A stretch of DNA of 46,696 nt from Octopus bimaculoides (Eukaryota). The position numbers and the translations under genes are program-made. The notes below the pieces were generated by a model. It did not search any database and was not told the origin of the DNA. It saw nothing but the letters and a program-made list of their open reading frames with translations. The stretch is from the NCBI RefSeq assembly GCF_001194135.2, contig NC_068987.1, positions 98,762,221-98,808,916 on the forward strand, read 5' to 3'. Below are positions 24,027 through 37,897 of this stretch, one piece after another; the first letter of the stretch is position 1; each line of letters starts with the position of its first letter.

Positions 24027-24624
24027 GCATATATATACATACATGTGTGTGTATATATTCTTGCAAGCCTACTTTGCTCTATCCGTGTAACTTCATCGCG
24101 TTGGCAATGGTGTGGTAGGGTATTTCACTTTTATGCTGTCACATCAAACGAACAGTCGTGTGGGACACACTAGAAAGACTTCATTCATAAGACTGTTGGT
24201 GGCAGCGATGATGGGGGTGTTGCGGTGTGTAGTGGTGTGTAGCGATGTGTCTGAAGACACAGTGATGACGTCGTTTGCGCTGACGAGTATGTGTATTCGT
24301 ATGTATATATATATCTGCATGTATCTGTATGTCAGTGTGTTTGTTTGGACCTTCTCAGCGTTGTTTCTAAGGACGCTGGTGAGGAATCTATGAGTGAATG
24401 CACACGGCCTGCGTCCCACTGCCAAGTGTCAGTGTGATAAAAGTATTGCTGCGTCTATATGTTTGTGTCGTGTAATGTCATATCATGTAGTAACGTAGTG
24501 GGATTCATGATTATAAATTTGTGCTGTTTCGTAGTGTATGCCTGTTCTGCGGTGTGAATATGTACTTTTGTTTGTGTGTGCATATGCCTCTTGTGGTAAG
24601 GCTAAACCGATGACATCGCTCTCA

Positions 24625-24679
24625 GTATTAGACTTCGACTTTATTATCGACCTCGAAAGGACGAAGTGCTTAGTTGATA
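24625..24679 (-). mobile_element. SINE family D fragment cut by an N gap
   Basis: cgactttattatcgacctcgaaaggacgaag resembles the family D core on the minus strand. Confidence 0.5.
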
Positions 24680-26842
24680 NNNNNNNNNNNNNNNNNNNNN
24701 NNNNNNNNNNNNNNNNNNNNNNNNNNNNNNNNNNNNNNNNNNNNNNNNNNNNNNNNNNNNNNNNNNNNNNNNNNNNNNNNNNNNNNNNNNNNNNNNNNNN
24801 NNNNNNNNNNNNNNNNNNNNNNNNNNNNNNNNNNNNNNNNNNNNNNNNNNNNNNNNNNNNNNNNNNNNNNNNNNNNNNNNNNNNNNNNNNNNNNNNNNNN
24901 NNNNNNNNNNNNNNNNNNNNNNNNNNNNNNNNNNNNNNNNNNNNNNNNNNNNNNNNNNNNNNNNNNNNNNNNNNNNNNNNNNNNNNNNNNNNNNNNNNNN
25001 NNNNNNNNNNNNNNNNNNNNNNNNNNNNNNNNNNNNNNNNNNNNNNNNNNNNNNNNNNNNNNNNNNNNNNNNNNNNNNNNNNNNNNNNNNNNNNNNNNNN
25101 NNNNNNNNNNNNNNNNNNNNNNNNNNNNNNNNNNNNNNNNNNNNNNNNNNNNNNNNNNNNNNNNNNNNNNNNNNNNNNNNNNNNNNNNNNNNNNNNNNNN
25201 NNNNNNNNNNNNNNNNNNNNNNNNNNNNNNNNNNNNNNNNNNNNNNNNNNNNNNNNNNNNNNNNNNNNNNNNNNNNNNNNNNNNNNNNNNNNNNNNNNNN
25301 NNNNNNNNNNNNNNNNNNNNNNNNNNNNNNNNNNNNNNNNNNNNNNNNNNNNNNNNNNNNNNNNNNNNNNNNNNNNNNNNNNNNNNNNNNNNNNNNNNNN
25401 NNNNNNNNNNNNNNNNNNNNNNNNNNNNNNNNNNNNNNNNNNNNNNNNNNNNNNNNNNNNNNNNNNNNNNNNNNNNNNNNNNNNNNNNNNNNNNNNNNNN
25501 NNNNNNNNNNNNNNNNNNNNNNNNNNNNNNNNNNNNNNNNNNNNNNNNNNNNNNNNNNNNNNNNNNNNNNNNNTATATATATATATATATATATATATGC
25601 CTACGTTTTCGTGTAATTGATATGTTATTGTTGTTGCTGAAACATACCAGTGTGTATATATAAATGTGTGAATGGTTCTCTCGTCAAAGTGTCGTTCACT
25701 GAGAATCAAACTTAATGTACGAGTGCTTTTCACGAATTGCTGACAGTTTGAGTTACAACACTAATCCATTTAGATCACCTTCAATAATCTATTAACATAT
25801 TAACAGTAAGCCTTCTCTACACATGATCGTCAGTGTGTCAGACAAAATTGTTGTTCTATTTATTTACTGCCCTCTATGTTCTGAGTTCAAATCATGATTC
25901 GGTCATCTTTGCCTTTGAACATTTGTGGATCGATAATATAAAGTATCTCTCAAGAGTTGCGTTCGATTTAATATTCCTATAAAAGAACCAGAAAAGCAAA
26001 AAAACAAAAACAAAAAAAACAAGTTTCACCCCAAGAGATATCACATCACCGACAACAATAGCAACAGAATAAAAAGTACAACCACAGATCAAAACTACAA
26101 TGCACGCCACTCCATATGACACACCTCTCCCCGCTTTGGGCCACTCAGGCATGTCGTGTGGCGAAGGTGACGGGGAAGAGGCTGAATAGCAGAATGGCCC
26201 AGCTAGAAATAAATGGAAAAGAGGATAAACCTTGCCAATGAAAAAAAATGTTAGGAGGTTAAAAGGACCTCCCAGCTTTTTTGTTGGAATGCTTTTCCCC
26301 TTGGTTTCCCTTGTGGGTGGCGAAGCTGGTTTTAGTTGCTTTTATTCTTGCTGCTTCTACTCTGGATGTTGTTGTTGCTGATACTGGTTTGTAGTGTTGT
26401 TACTCATGCTTTCGTGGCTGTTAATTCTACTGTTTCAGGTGTTGTTGTTGCTGTTACTTCTGTTGTGGTCGCATGCTGATTTTTTTTAGCATTACTTCTG
26501 TTTTAGTTTATGTTGTTATTCCTGGTGTGACAAAGGCGTCTGCAGCAGTTTGGTTCTTCTTTCCTCCTTCATTTGTTGTGCACATCAACCCATTCAATGG
26601 TTTGCGTCTCTACATCAGTGGTACGTTGACGTTCAACAAAAAAAAAAGAAAGCACAAAAAAGATACAACAACAGCACCCTTAACAATTACACTAATACTA
26701 TCAACACGATAACATCCTACCTCGACCACCACTATCATATACAACCACCACTATAGACACCAACAACATTATAGACACAAGCCGAACACAATTTACACTG
26801 TCGGTAATAGAGTTAGAGAATTTCAAAAAGCCAGCAAAAGTT

Positions 26843-27935
26843 GTGATTTTCATGAAAGCGATGGCTCGTTATACAGGAGTAAAGGGGAAATCGTCTGGTT
26901 TGGATGGCCTAATCAAAAAGTTTTACTTTTATGCTTCAGACTCGTTCTGCATCCTCTTTGCAGATATCTACTATTATTGGCAACAGAACGGCAGTGTACC
27001 CAGATCTGTGCGTGAAGGAGCTGTTGCATTGCTGAGAAGCGACCCAAACAAGATGGTAAGAGGGTTACACGGATAACCATCATCCTGCTAATTTACGAAA
27101 CGCAAAGTCCAAGATTTTGGACAAGGTGTTAGCTAAGATTTTGGAGCTTGTCTTCAGTTATCTTGTGATGATGCGAGAAATGCAACATTTCGAACAGGTC
27201 TATCTACGACAGCATCCACAAAATGCAATACAAATGCAGAGGGTGAGTAACAAACCTGGCGCAGGTGGGGGTCTTGGACCGCTTACAGCAGTCAAAAGCT
27301 TTAAAAAGGTCGATACTTAAACATTCATCTTGATCTAAGGGAATACAAGGTGGTGACGCGTACAAACTTAGTCACGAAATGCTTGGAAGGCGGTACAAAT
27401 TATTGTCTTCAAACAAAGTCGTGGAGCTCTGCAAGGAGGCTGAACTGTTGAAATTTAGTACCTATAGATACTTTACCAAGGTGGTTGTCAGTTTGAGAAA
27501 AACTCTGCAGTCACGATAGTGGCCTCATCTGGACCTCTGCAGAATGCGCTCAGAGCGACAAAACTGTTCTTGCAAGTACACTTCTAGCTCCCGAGTATTG
27601 CTTGTTTACGGATTTAGGTAAAAAAAAAAAAAAAAAAAATCTGCAGTCAAATGTGTCACGGATATGGCTATTAGTTTTATGCATTGTAAAGTTCATATTA
27701 TCGCCTTCACCTCGCTTAGAATGATAGGCATTTTTTATCAGACTGGAAGCCTTGGCGAACAATGTGGAGTGTTAAACGAGAATTAAATGACCGAAGATAG
27801 ACACGTTTCTTTTCAGTCAAGCCATCATAAAATGTTTTAAGTTTCCCTGAAAATGCAAAATGAAGGTGGAGGGTAAGGTGCCTTATTCCAACAAATTTAT
27901 TGAAAGACTGACTAGAGAGGTGAGCATGGCATCCA
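26843..27935 (+). mobile_element. Decayed L1/Tx1-clade LINE ORF2 with a large internal deletion
   Basis: KSSGLDGL..FY...F..LFADIY..WQQNGSVPRSVREGAVALLRSDPNK (cf. KSPGLDGLP.EFY..W...G.IP.S...G.V.LL.KDPNK), then KVLAKILELV and AVKSFKKVD (cf. DQ.KAFDRVDH). Later come the C-terminal ECAQSDKTVL (cf. C..C....ET..H) and DTFLFSQAIIKCFKF..KMKVE....KFIER. Confidence 0.82.
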
Positions 27936-28170
27936 ATCTACCCACCGGCTCCTACCATGCGCCCGTAGATTTGAGGAAAGCGCATTGACTTAGTGGTTAG
28001 GCCTACCGCGTGTCTGTGGTATTTCTGCGAAAAGCCCTCGGCGGTTTAGCCTTTATCAGATTTATTTTTTCTTCAATATTTTATTATTATTTTATTTTCT
28101 ACAAGTCTTTTATTCAGTCTCACTCGGTATCGTCTTATGCCGTCCTCCACATTTGTCGTCTATCTATATA

Positions 28171-28392
28171 TTATTATTGGTCTCAAATTTTGGCACAAAG
28201 CCAGTGAGTTGAGGGTAGGGGATAAGTCGATTACATCGATCCCAGTGCTCACTTGGTACTTATTTTATCAACCCTGAAATGATGAAAGACAGAGTCGAAC
28301 TTGACGGAATTTTAACTGAGAACATAAAGAAGGAGGGAATACCGCTTCATATTTGGTTCGTCGTGCTAACAGTTCTGCCAGCTCACCGCCTT
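28171..28392 (-). mobile_element. SINE family D, full length, (AAT) tail
   Basis: Minus: ggcggtgagctggcagaactgttagc...gttctcagttaaaattcc...gggttgataaaataagtacc...gatgtaatcgactta...ccaaaatttgagaccaataataa. Confidence 0.88.
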
Positions 28393-30969
28393 AACATTTA
28401 TATTATTATTGTTGAATTATCGTTTACAAACGCCGGGTATTGTTTATTTGGAACATTCGTTCACGTATTTTATTGGATGAGGATTACAGAGTATAATCCA
28501 TGAAAGTTATTTTATCTGTGGGTTCTTCAAAAAATGTACGAAGTGTGAATTTTGGGATTGAACTGGGAATGTCTTGTGTATGTTGAGGCCTGTAGCCTAA
28601 CAGAGATATGTTTTGGATTGTGCTAACGTTCTGAAATTTGGTATGTCGGTTTTTGTTTTTCTTCATGGTATAGAAAAGTGTGGTCTGTTGTATAACGTCT
28701 CTCAGTAATGAATTCATATCGTACTAAATACTTATTTATTTGTATTTACAAAATTGGATTGCTAATCGCACAATTTACTATCAGTTGATCATTACTGCCA
28801 TCCACCCATTTCCAAGTCTCATTTTCATTTGGTAAGATAAAATAGTTGTAGCGTACAGATGTAAAGGAGGCCTGTGTTATAAGCAAACACGTGATGGGCG
28901 TGCAAATGTGTTTATTTCTGGTGTTGGCAATGAATATTATTTTCTCTTTATTAACCATTGCGATACTGATTCTGGTCTGTTTATTAATCCATTCGTGCGA
29001 ACTGGTTATATACTTCGGGATCTGTGTCTTTGTCAATCTTAGACATTTTCAAGTTGTTTGCAACTTACAAATTGCTTTTGAAAACATTGTTATGTGTTGT
29101 GGTGAAACTTTATTGTTTCGCATTTTATACTGGTTCCATTTTGATTGTTCAGAATATTTCTTGTTCCTGACTCTCATTTCTTTGTGAATGCTTAAAGGGA
29201 TCATTGAAAAAGAAAGAAAAAAAAAAGAGATCGACAGTATACTACTTATTGGGACATTGAAAGATCTCCATATAAATATATCATTTCTAAAACTAATCTG
29301 ATACATCAAGCATGAGATGACAAAACGGAAAGTGTTCTACCTCAATAACAGCTTAACACTTCCTCTTATATTTTTTCATCTAGTGTTACGTCTATCTAAA
29401 TGCCCCGGGGAAGTTTGGCCAAAATTTCTTGTTTTCCATGAAGAGAAGCTCATTCTCTTCCAAACCTTTAACATTTTACCTTCCATAGCTTTACTAATAT
29501 GATTACAGGCAAACTTCTCTGTTATTCTGAGAATATATTGTTTTCGTATATATATATATAATACACCTTTATCAGATTTGACATTTATCGTTTCGTCACG
29601 TAAAGATTGACATTTCCGGTTGTTTTTCTCTCTTTGTTAAGTAATATATCTTCTGTCCATTTCTTTTTTGTTAGGTTGGCCGGAGGAGTGCTTTATTCAG
29701 TTAAGATCAAATCTGCTTTCTTTTCACTAGCAAACAGTGGAGATCGTTCAGTGTAGCGATTTTCAAATAATAGATAAATTGGTGTGACGTGATGTCTTGC
29801 AACTCCATCCATTTGGGATGCTGGTTGTCCATGTGCAGATGGACAGAAGTTTCCTTTTATCCATATTTTTCATTGATTATTAAATACGCTCTTTTATTTC
29901 TTTTAATTCTTCTCCAAGGTATCTCTCAATGGCAACATTAGTTCATCCATTGTGATTCGTGTTTTTTTATGACGTTTATTTTTTAGTGTTTGGTTAAGTG
30001 TGATTGTGTTTTGGCCGATCCACGGAGAGTCGTGTAATGTCCATTACCGCATTGTCCTTTCTTCTTTATTTTCTCTTTTGGTGTAAAGCATTTTTTGCTG
30101 TATTTAGTGTTTCCTGTAGCATTGTCATCGTATTTTAAGGTCTTATCTATTGAAGCTGTGGTCACTTCTGTTTGTTGTTCTCTTCCATTTGCAGGCTTAT
30201 ATGTTTTGTGAATGGCGAGTTATTTTGTAATGTTTTCTCTAGCTTGTAGGATATTGTTATTTGTTTCGTATGTCGTCGGTTGCCTGGGTTTATTTTTCAG
30301 AAGATATGCATTCCATGATTTGCTTTTTGCTTTTGCTGTATTGTTCCTTTATTGCATATTACAAATCTCCTTAAATTCGCTTTTGTGTTTCAATGATTTT
30401 TCATTATTTCCCAATATCTCTCAGCGACTTTTATGTCACAGTTCTATGGCCAAGATCTCATATGTGTTGGATAAAATAAGACTGTATAACTTGTGTCTAA
30501 TAGTGTCATTTATTATTTTGATATTATTTTCTTGTTATAGTAAGTTGGTACCTGTTTGCTGAGGATAAACTATTGTAGAGAGTACCGTTCCTAAATCATA
30601 TGTTTAACTATAGATGTTTTATGTTGATGCATTTATGTTGATTTTAGTTAAAGAGAGACCTCAAAATAACATTACAATTTTCTGAGTAATTTCTCGTTGT
30701 ATTTGGTAATATTACAGGGTTTATTTACGTGTTATGGTTCCATATATATATCAACGTCCGTGTTGTGTTTTCAGTTCCGAAATTAATTATAATAACATCC
30801 ATAATTTTCATAATATTTCTAGGTACTTAATAGATTTAATCTTCCATGTAATTTGGCTATTCCAAATGTAACAGTTACGGATGGATATTTTGATAAACCT
30901 CACATTTTTAGACAATGTATTAAGAGACCAAATAATAAACAAACATAAACCTAGATAATCTTCCATTGC

Positions 30970-31163
30970 AGTCGCACGCACACACTCTCTCTCACACACA
31001 CACATACGCATACACACGCATGAACGCACGTACAGACACACGCACACACACACACATATGTACATGCATGCATGCATACGTACATAGATACACGCATACA
31101 TACACACATATATACACAATCTGCATATATGCATATCCATATATATACATGTATAATGTGCGC

Positions 31164-31244
<81 letters not shown>

Positions 31245-31340
31245 CATGTATATACATATTATACACACATAAACACACACACACACACCACTTACACGCA
31301 CATATACTCACCCACATGTATACACTCCCACCACATATAT
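30970..31340. repeat. Compound (CA)/(TA) microsatellite field
   Basis: Directly visible. Confidence 0.9.
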
Positions 31341-31610
31341 ATTTCACGTTTCTCTTGTTGGTGGGAGAGTGCCCGAATCCATCCTTGTCCTGTTGGTAGA
31401 AATGCTTTACGGTATATATTCCGGATTTGTATATTTTGACTTCAAATCTCATCTGTCTGGCGAAGTCAACGGGGAATCACTCCGATAATTATGACCATAC
31501 TTCTAGGGGTCTGTTTAACGCCGGCAAGTGAAAATACCGGAATTCGAAGTCAAATGGGGCCTGCTGTAGAGGGTTAACATACACAGGACCTTCCCAAGGG
31601 TAGGCTATCA

Positions 31611-31820
<210 letters not shown>

Positions 31821-31976
31821 ATAATCTAGTATTTTAAAATATTTAAATTTTTCCCGAAATAAAGATGTTGCGTTCTAGCAAAGACACAAAGCTACGAATT
31901 TGGAAAGTACATAACAAAACATAAGAAATGTTTTTCACATTTCTACTGTTCGACTTACGGATCGTGTGTGTTTGTG

Positions 31977-32404
31977 CTTTAACTTGTTTCAGTCATTTGA
32001 CTGCGGCCATGGTGGAGTACCACCTTCAGTCGAGCAAATCAACCCCAGGACTTATTTTTTGTAAGCCTAGTACTTATTCTATAGGTCTCTTTGGCCGAAC
32101 CGCTAGCTTACGGGGATGTAAACACAACAGCATCGGTTGTCAAGCGATGGTGTGAGGACAAACACGGACACACAAACACACACACACACCTACACACAAG
32201 CACACACACATACACACACGCACCGTCCATATATATATATACGACGGGCTTCTTTCAATTTCCATCTTCCAAATCCACTCACAAGGCTTTGGTCGGCCCG
32301 AGGCTATAGTCGAAGACACTCGCCCAATGTGCCACGCATTAGGACTGAACCCGGAACCACGTGGTTGGTTAGTAAGCTACTTATCACCCAGCCACTCCTG
32401 CGCC
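31977..32404 (-). mobile_element. Composite SINE C/A, full copy with internal (CA)/(TA) tract
   Basis: A module 31977-32180, microsatellite, then C head/CORE 32238-32404 ending cagccactcctgcgcc. Confidence 0.92.
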
Positions 32405-32589
32405 TATATTGCATTAAAATGAATATAATATGCTCGAACAGTATATTTAAAATTTTCCAGAAGTACATAAACAAGAAACAATCTATACAGGATATTAGTA
32501 AAGCTGACTGTAATTGCATTGTAAGAAAGTTTCATTGACTTTCATTTGTTCGGAGAGCAGTCTGGGATGCTGGCTGTCGACAAGTGCTG

Positions 32590-33700
32590 GTTGCCATCAG
32601 ATGTGGCACTCCCTGACTACCCAATGTTACAAGTGTTGGGATTAGTAGCTGGTTCCTGTTGCATTACAGGAGGTACGTTCAGATATCAACTATTATCTGA
32701 TTAGAGATGAAAGTGTGGTTTATTTCCTGCAGTCAGTCGTTGCGACTTTGACTGTTCATCGCTTTGGTATGATTTAATAACCTTTCTTCATACTGGACGG
32801 TCATTCGCTTTCGTTTGCCATTTATTATGATCTCTTCCTTTCCACTTGATATTCCGTTTTGCAGTTTTTTTTTTTTTAACCGCAATCTACGTTCTCCATG
32901 CTTTGTTTTCTTCTTGCGTAGTTCTGAGTACCGTTTTGCTGTCAAGAGCAATGAATTTTGTTGTGCATCTTATCGGTGAACCGTACACATCTCGAAGTCC
33001 TGAGTAAAAAGCTTTCATATCGTATTTATCATATGATGCTATAGCGCCTCAACTTTGCATTCCTAAAGTATACACCACCCACTATATTCTTGCAGCTTTA
33101 TACTTACTTCCACCAGTTTCCCTCTATTAGACCTTGTGTTGTAATTTAGCTGCCTTGCTTTGCAATGGTCCTTTCCTCCAGCAGTGTCTGTAGTTAGATA
33201 TCATTTTCGTTGAATCTTGATGTTTTTTGCACTAGTTTGCCTAGGATGTGTTGAGCTGTTTCACATTTTGTTATTTTCAAAATGTTACGTCCTTCAAGTA
33301 CTTTGTTTCCCTTATCTTCCCATCCTTCAAGAGCCTTATTCAGCTGTTCTATGCAGGAAATATTAAGAGCTATTGAACATGTGTTCAATAACGTTGATAG
33401 TGAGAAAGCAGTTAGAATCTCATGTAAAGTGGTGCTTCATTGGAATCTATTGTAACAATTATGCATGGTATGTGTCGTAGCAATTAATCATTTAAAGTTA
33501 GCCAAGAGAGAACTTTGTTTGGGTCAGGTGGTTGACAAATCCTTTTTCTAGTTAAGTGGTTCGGTGTGTTGATGCGATACATGCAGGGTCTCTGTGAAAC
33601 AGTTACAGCTGTGCGGTGCAGGAGGATATCTGGAAACTATGAGATAAGGGAATTTCTTCACCTAGTAAAACTTGGATCATTCTCGGTGAAGCAACTAACC
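32590..33700 (-). mobile_element. Decayed RTE (BovB-like) LINE ORF2 fragment, endonuclease end to RT start
   Basis: Minus translation RFNENDI*LQTLLEE (cf. DWFDEND.EI..LLEEK) and YDMKAFYSGLRDVYGSP...LDSKTVL (cf. D.K.FY..LK.VYGP...DG.T.L), then GSATSDG (cf. GKAPG.DG). Boundaries are approximate. Confidence 0.82.
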
Positions 33701-34746
33701 TACCAATGTAAACATACTGATTAATATCCAAATTCTCGCTAATAATAACAGTGCGATTGATCTGACACTTGAATGCCTCCTACAAATGCTGAATTTCGTA
33801 TATAATCCTCAGAAACAATATATACGAAATGTATATTATAATATACATGATGTTGTTATCGTAACAACTTCAGTCTGTGCTTGCCAACACATATTTGGGT
33901 AACAAATTATTCTCTCCTTTTATTTCAGCACGTGTCCTGAAGGAGAGTTCATTACAACGAAATGGTGAAATATAAGTTTAAACTTTAATTGTTGTTCTGT
34001 TTAGGTTTTTTTTAGTTGTTTACTTTATATTTAATCTAGCATTGTTTCAGTATTACTTAACAAGTTTATCTGATGCAATAACACATAGAATTTCAACCTA
34101 ACTATTTTGTTTTATTATAGATTGTATTTTTCCCGGGTGGAGTTAAATATTTAATTGTAAACATTTTTAAACATCAAAATAATAATGTATTATATGTCTA
34201 AATAACTGCGCAACCGTCAAGAGTGTATAAAGCATTTCGAGCACTGTCAAAATGCCAATCCTCAAACATAAAAAACAGAAACAAATAAGAAGTAAAAAAA
34301 AAGAAACGAGCGTCAAACTTCTGTGGTTGCACCAACACACTTACTATATGCATACATATGCATAATCGTACATGTATATACATACATGTCTTTCCATGCA
34401 CATATATATGTACATATATCTATATATAAACATACACACAAAAACGCACAAATATGTGTGTATATAGGATTTAAGTTAACTCAACACCAAGTAAGTGCAT
34501 TTCTTAAATTCAGTAAGACCGTGGGAATGTTCCGAGGGTCTAAAAAGTTCTTGTGTGGGAATTTGTTTTGAGTGGATAAAGTTTTGGACAACATTGAACC
34601 CACTTTTAATACAAACATCTATAAAACCAATGGCATAACAGCGGTTGAAATGATTGGAAACCAACCGCACTTCATTTCTATATACGATATTGTCTTCGAG
34701 AAGCAAGTCCTAAAGAAAAGCGGGCGCCCTTCTCTCACAGTGCTTT

Positions 34747-34779
<33 letters not shown>

Positions 34780-35275
34780 AATACACACATCCACACACAC
34801 ACACGCATAGATAGAAAAATATTTATATATGTATCTACATGCGTGTGTGTGCTTGTGTGTGCGTATATATATCTGTATATATATGCGTATGTACATACAT
34901 ATATATATACCCACATATATTATATATATATATATATATNNNNNNNNNNNNNNNNNNNNNNNNNNNNNNNNNNNNNNNNNNNNNNNNNNNNNNNNNNNNN
35001 NNNNNNNNNNNNNNNNNNNNNNNNNNNNNNNNNNNNNNNNNNNNNNNNNNNNNNNNNNNNNNNNNNNNNNNNNNNNNNNNNNNNNNNNNNNNNNNNNNNN
35101 NNNNNNNNNNNNNNNNNNNNNNNNNNNNNNNNNNNNNNNNNNNNNNNNNNNNNNNNNNNNNNNNNNNNNNNNNNNNNNNNNNNNNNNNNNNNNNNNNNNN
35201 NNNNNNNNNNNNNNNNNNNNNNNNNNNNNNNNNNNNNNNNNNNNNNNNNNNNTATATATATATATATATATATTC

Positions 35276-35528
35276 GTGGCGCTGCGACGACTAGGGTTCC
35301 AGTTGGTCTGTGCACTCCACAGACAGCGTGATACAGCGTGTAACAAGGCTGGCGTTTCGAAATGCAGGTTAACAACAGAAATAGGAAGAAAGAGTGAAAC
35401 TTGTGGTGAAAGAGTGCAGCAGGTTTCGCCACCGTTCCCTGCCGGAGCCTTTAGGTGTTTTCGCTCAATAAACACTCACAACGCCCGATCTGGGAATCGA
35501 AACCGCGATTCTACGACCGCGAGTCCAC
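35276..35528 (-). mobile_element. SINE family B, diverged, with deletions
   Basis: gagcctttaggtgttttcgctcaataaacactcacaacgcccgatctgggaatcgaaaccgcgat matches the other family B copies. Confidence 0.85.
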
Positions 35529-36278
35529 AACCATGTGTGTGTGTCTGTATATATGCGTGTATTGCTATGTATATATGTCAAAGAGACGCGCGCTTACGCT
35601 CATACATTATGTGCCAGTTTATGGTTTATGTGCGTGTGCGTGTATGTTGCGGCTTTATACTTGCTTACGTCTAAATATACACTGATTGTCAAATGCAGAT
35701 GTACACGCACAACAAACATGTGATAGGGCGGAGACATTGTAGAGAGCGAATTGTCAGCAGATGTGACAGAGAGTTGGGTGGGGAAGGGTTAGCAGAATGT
35801 TTGAGAACAGATGAAAGTGAAACGGATTCTGAATTAGGAATAGTTTTAAACGAATAAAATTCCAAACAAAAATAAAAGTCGAATAAAAATAGATAAAATA
35901 AATAAGGAATATAAACAAAACAAAATAAAATAAATAAAATCAACATTGCATGTTTTACTAGGTGAGCATTGAAGGGAGAAAGACACGGGTTGATGGATAT
36001 GAAGAACGTGGTCTAATTTTGGGGACATTAATTGTTAACAGCTCTCTGTCACACTAATATATCACATCTCACTACATACGTATATGCACGCAAGCACAGA
36101 AATTGTATCACTTGTGCGTATGTGTGTGTATTTCTGAGTATATATGTATATAGCTGATCAAGTGTTTGTATGTTCATGCGCGTGTTTATATATATACATA
36201 TATACTACCCGCACACACATATACACATGTGTATGCATGTATAATACATATGTATATATTGTTGTATAAGTATATTCA

Positions 36279-36309
<31 letters not shown>

Positions 36310-37087
36310 NNNNNNNNNNNNNNNNNNNNNNNNNNNNNNNNNNNNNNNNNNNNNNNNNNNNNNNNNNNNNNNNNNNNNNNNNNNNNNNNNNNNNNNNNNN
36401 NNNNNNNNNNNNNNNNNNNNNNNNNNNNNNNNNNNNNNNNNNNNNNNNNNNNNNNNNNNNNNNNNNNNNNNNNNNNNNNNNNNNNNNNNNNNNNNNNNNN
36501 NNNNNNNNNNNNNNNNNNNNNNNNNNNNNNNNNNNNNNNNNNNNNNNNNNNNNNNNNNNNNNNNNNNNNNNNNNNNNNNNNNNNNNNNNNNNNNNNNNNN
36601 NNNNNNNNNNNNNNNNNNNNNNNNNNNNNNNNNNNNNNNNNNTATATATATATATATATATGTATGTATTGATATAATGAGAAAGAATGTGGATGTAACT
36701 GAATGTGGAATAGCTAAAGTAAATTTATTTTAAAATATGGAAATTTCTCCATTAATGCCTATGCAACATACACAACAACATATAAACAAACGACAATTAC
36801 TTATCGTAAAGAAACCTATAGGCAGATGTTGCTGAACGGAAGTCATATTCACGGTGATTGCCTATGAAGCAATGTAGTGGGGTGTGAGAACATTATTGAG
36901 GATCGTTAGGTGTACAATTCCTGAAATACTGGGCTGGTGATGCTACGTGGAGTGCAGAATAATTCAATAGATATCTTAAGTGTTAACATATTTTATGTAG
37001 CTAGCATTAAATAAATAAATAAATAGAAAGAAAAAAATAGAAATATTTTTGAGAGAACGAAGGAATATTAGCTAATGACTAATGATA

Positions 37088-37270
37088 GGTTTTTGGCAGA
37101 ATCGGTTAGAGCTAAGCGCACTATTGCTTGTGGTATTCAGTTACATACATCTCTTTCTGTTCTGAGTTCAAAACTCGCTGGATCCTCTTTGCTTTTCATC
37201 TTTATGCAATTGTTAAATGAATGCAGCATTCAATTAGTTCAGTCAGATATGTCACAAATTTGGTGTTTTG
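37088..37270 (+). mobile_element. SINE family D, old diverged copy
   Basis: tggcagaatcggttag...gttctgagttcaaaactcgc...tttgcttttcatc resembles the family D head and core. Confidence 0.5.
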
Positions 37271-37523
37271 TTTCAAATCAATATCATTTTTAGATATTTC
37301 TGCAAGCATGGTATACAAATATTAATTCTTATAACCATTACTCTCATACTGAGGAAAGTGGTGATGAGATGTCATAGCCACCAGTATTTTTATTGAGACG
37401 CCACCATCTCTAGAAGGGCTGGATTCAAAAGATCTAAAGGGCCCCACTACCCTAGCAAGTTTAAGTGATCTATCATTATTATATCTGTCCGTATATTGTC
37501 CCCTCATCCTTCATCCTGGTGGC

Positions 37524-37625
37524 AAATAAATGAAATCATCATCGTCATCATTATCATCCTCCTCCTCATCATCACCATCATCATCATCGTCGTCGCCGTC
37601 GTCGTCGTTGTTGTTGTTGTTGTTG

Positions 37626-37681
<56 letters not shown>
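37524..37681. repeat. Graded trinucleotide array (CAT)-(CGT)-(TGT)-(TAT)
   Basis: Directly visible. Confidence 0.95.
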
Positions 37682-37683
<2 letters not shown>

Positions 37684-37685
<2 letters not shown>

Positions 37686-37897
37686 CCGCGGTGAACTGGC
37701 AGAATTGTTACCGAAAGCCCACAAAATGCTTAGCGGTATTTTGTCCATCTTTACGTCCTAATGGCCGAAGTCGACTTTGTCTTTCATCCTTTCGAGGTCG
37801 AGGAATCAAATACCAGTCGACCACTGTTTTTGTTGTAATCGAGTTAACCTCTCTTTTGAAATTGTTGGCCTCCAGCCTCCAGCCAAAATTTAAAATC
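37684..37897 (+). mobile_element. SINE family D
   Basis: ggccgcggtgaactggcagaattgtt...aaaatgcttagcggtatt...gtcgactttgtctttcatcctttcgaggtcga. Confidence 0.85.

Noticed and set aside
31435-31578. piggyBac-like end (agagggttaa) with a short internal inverted pair tttgacttc/gaagtcaaa
   Set aside because: No matching ttaaccct left end was found; the evidence is too thin.
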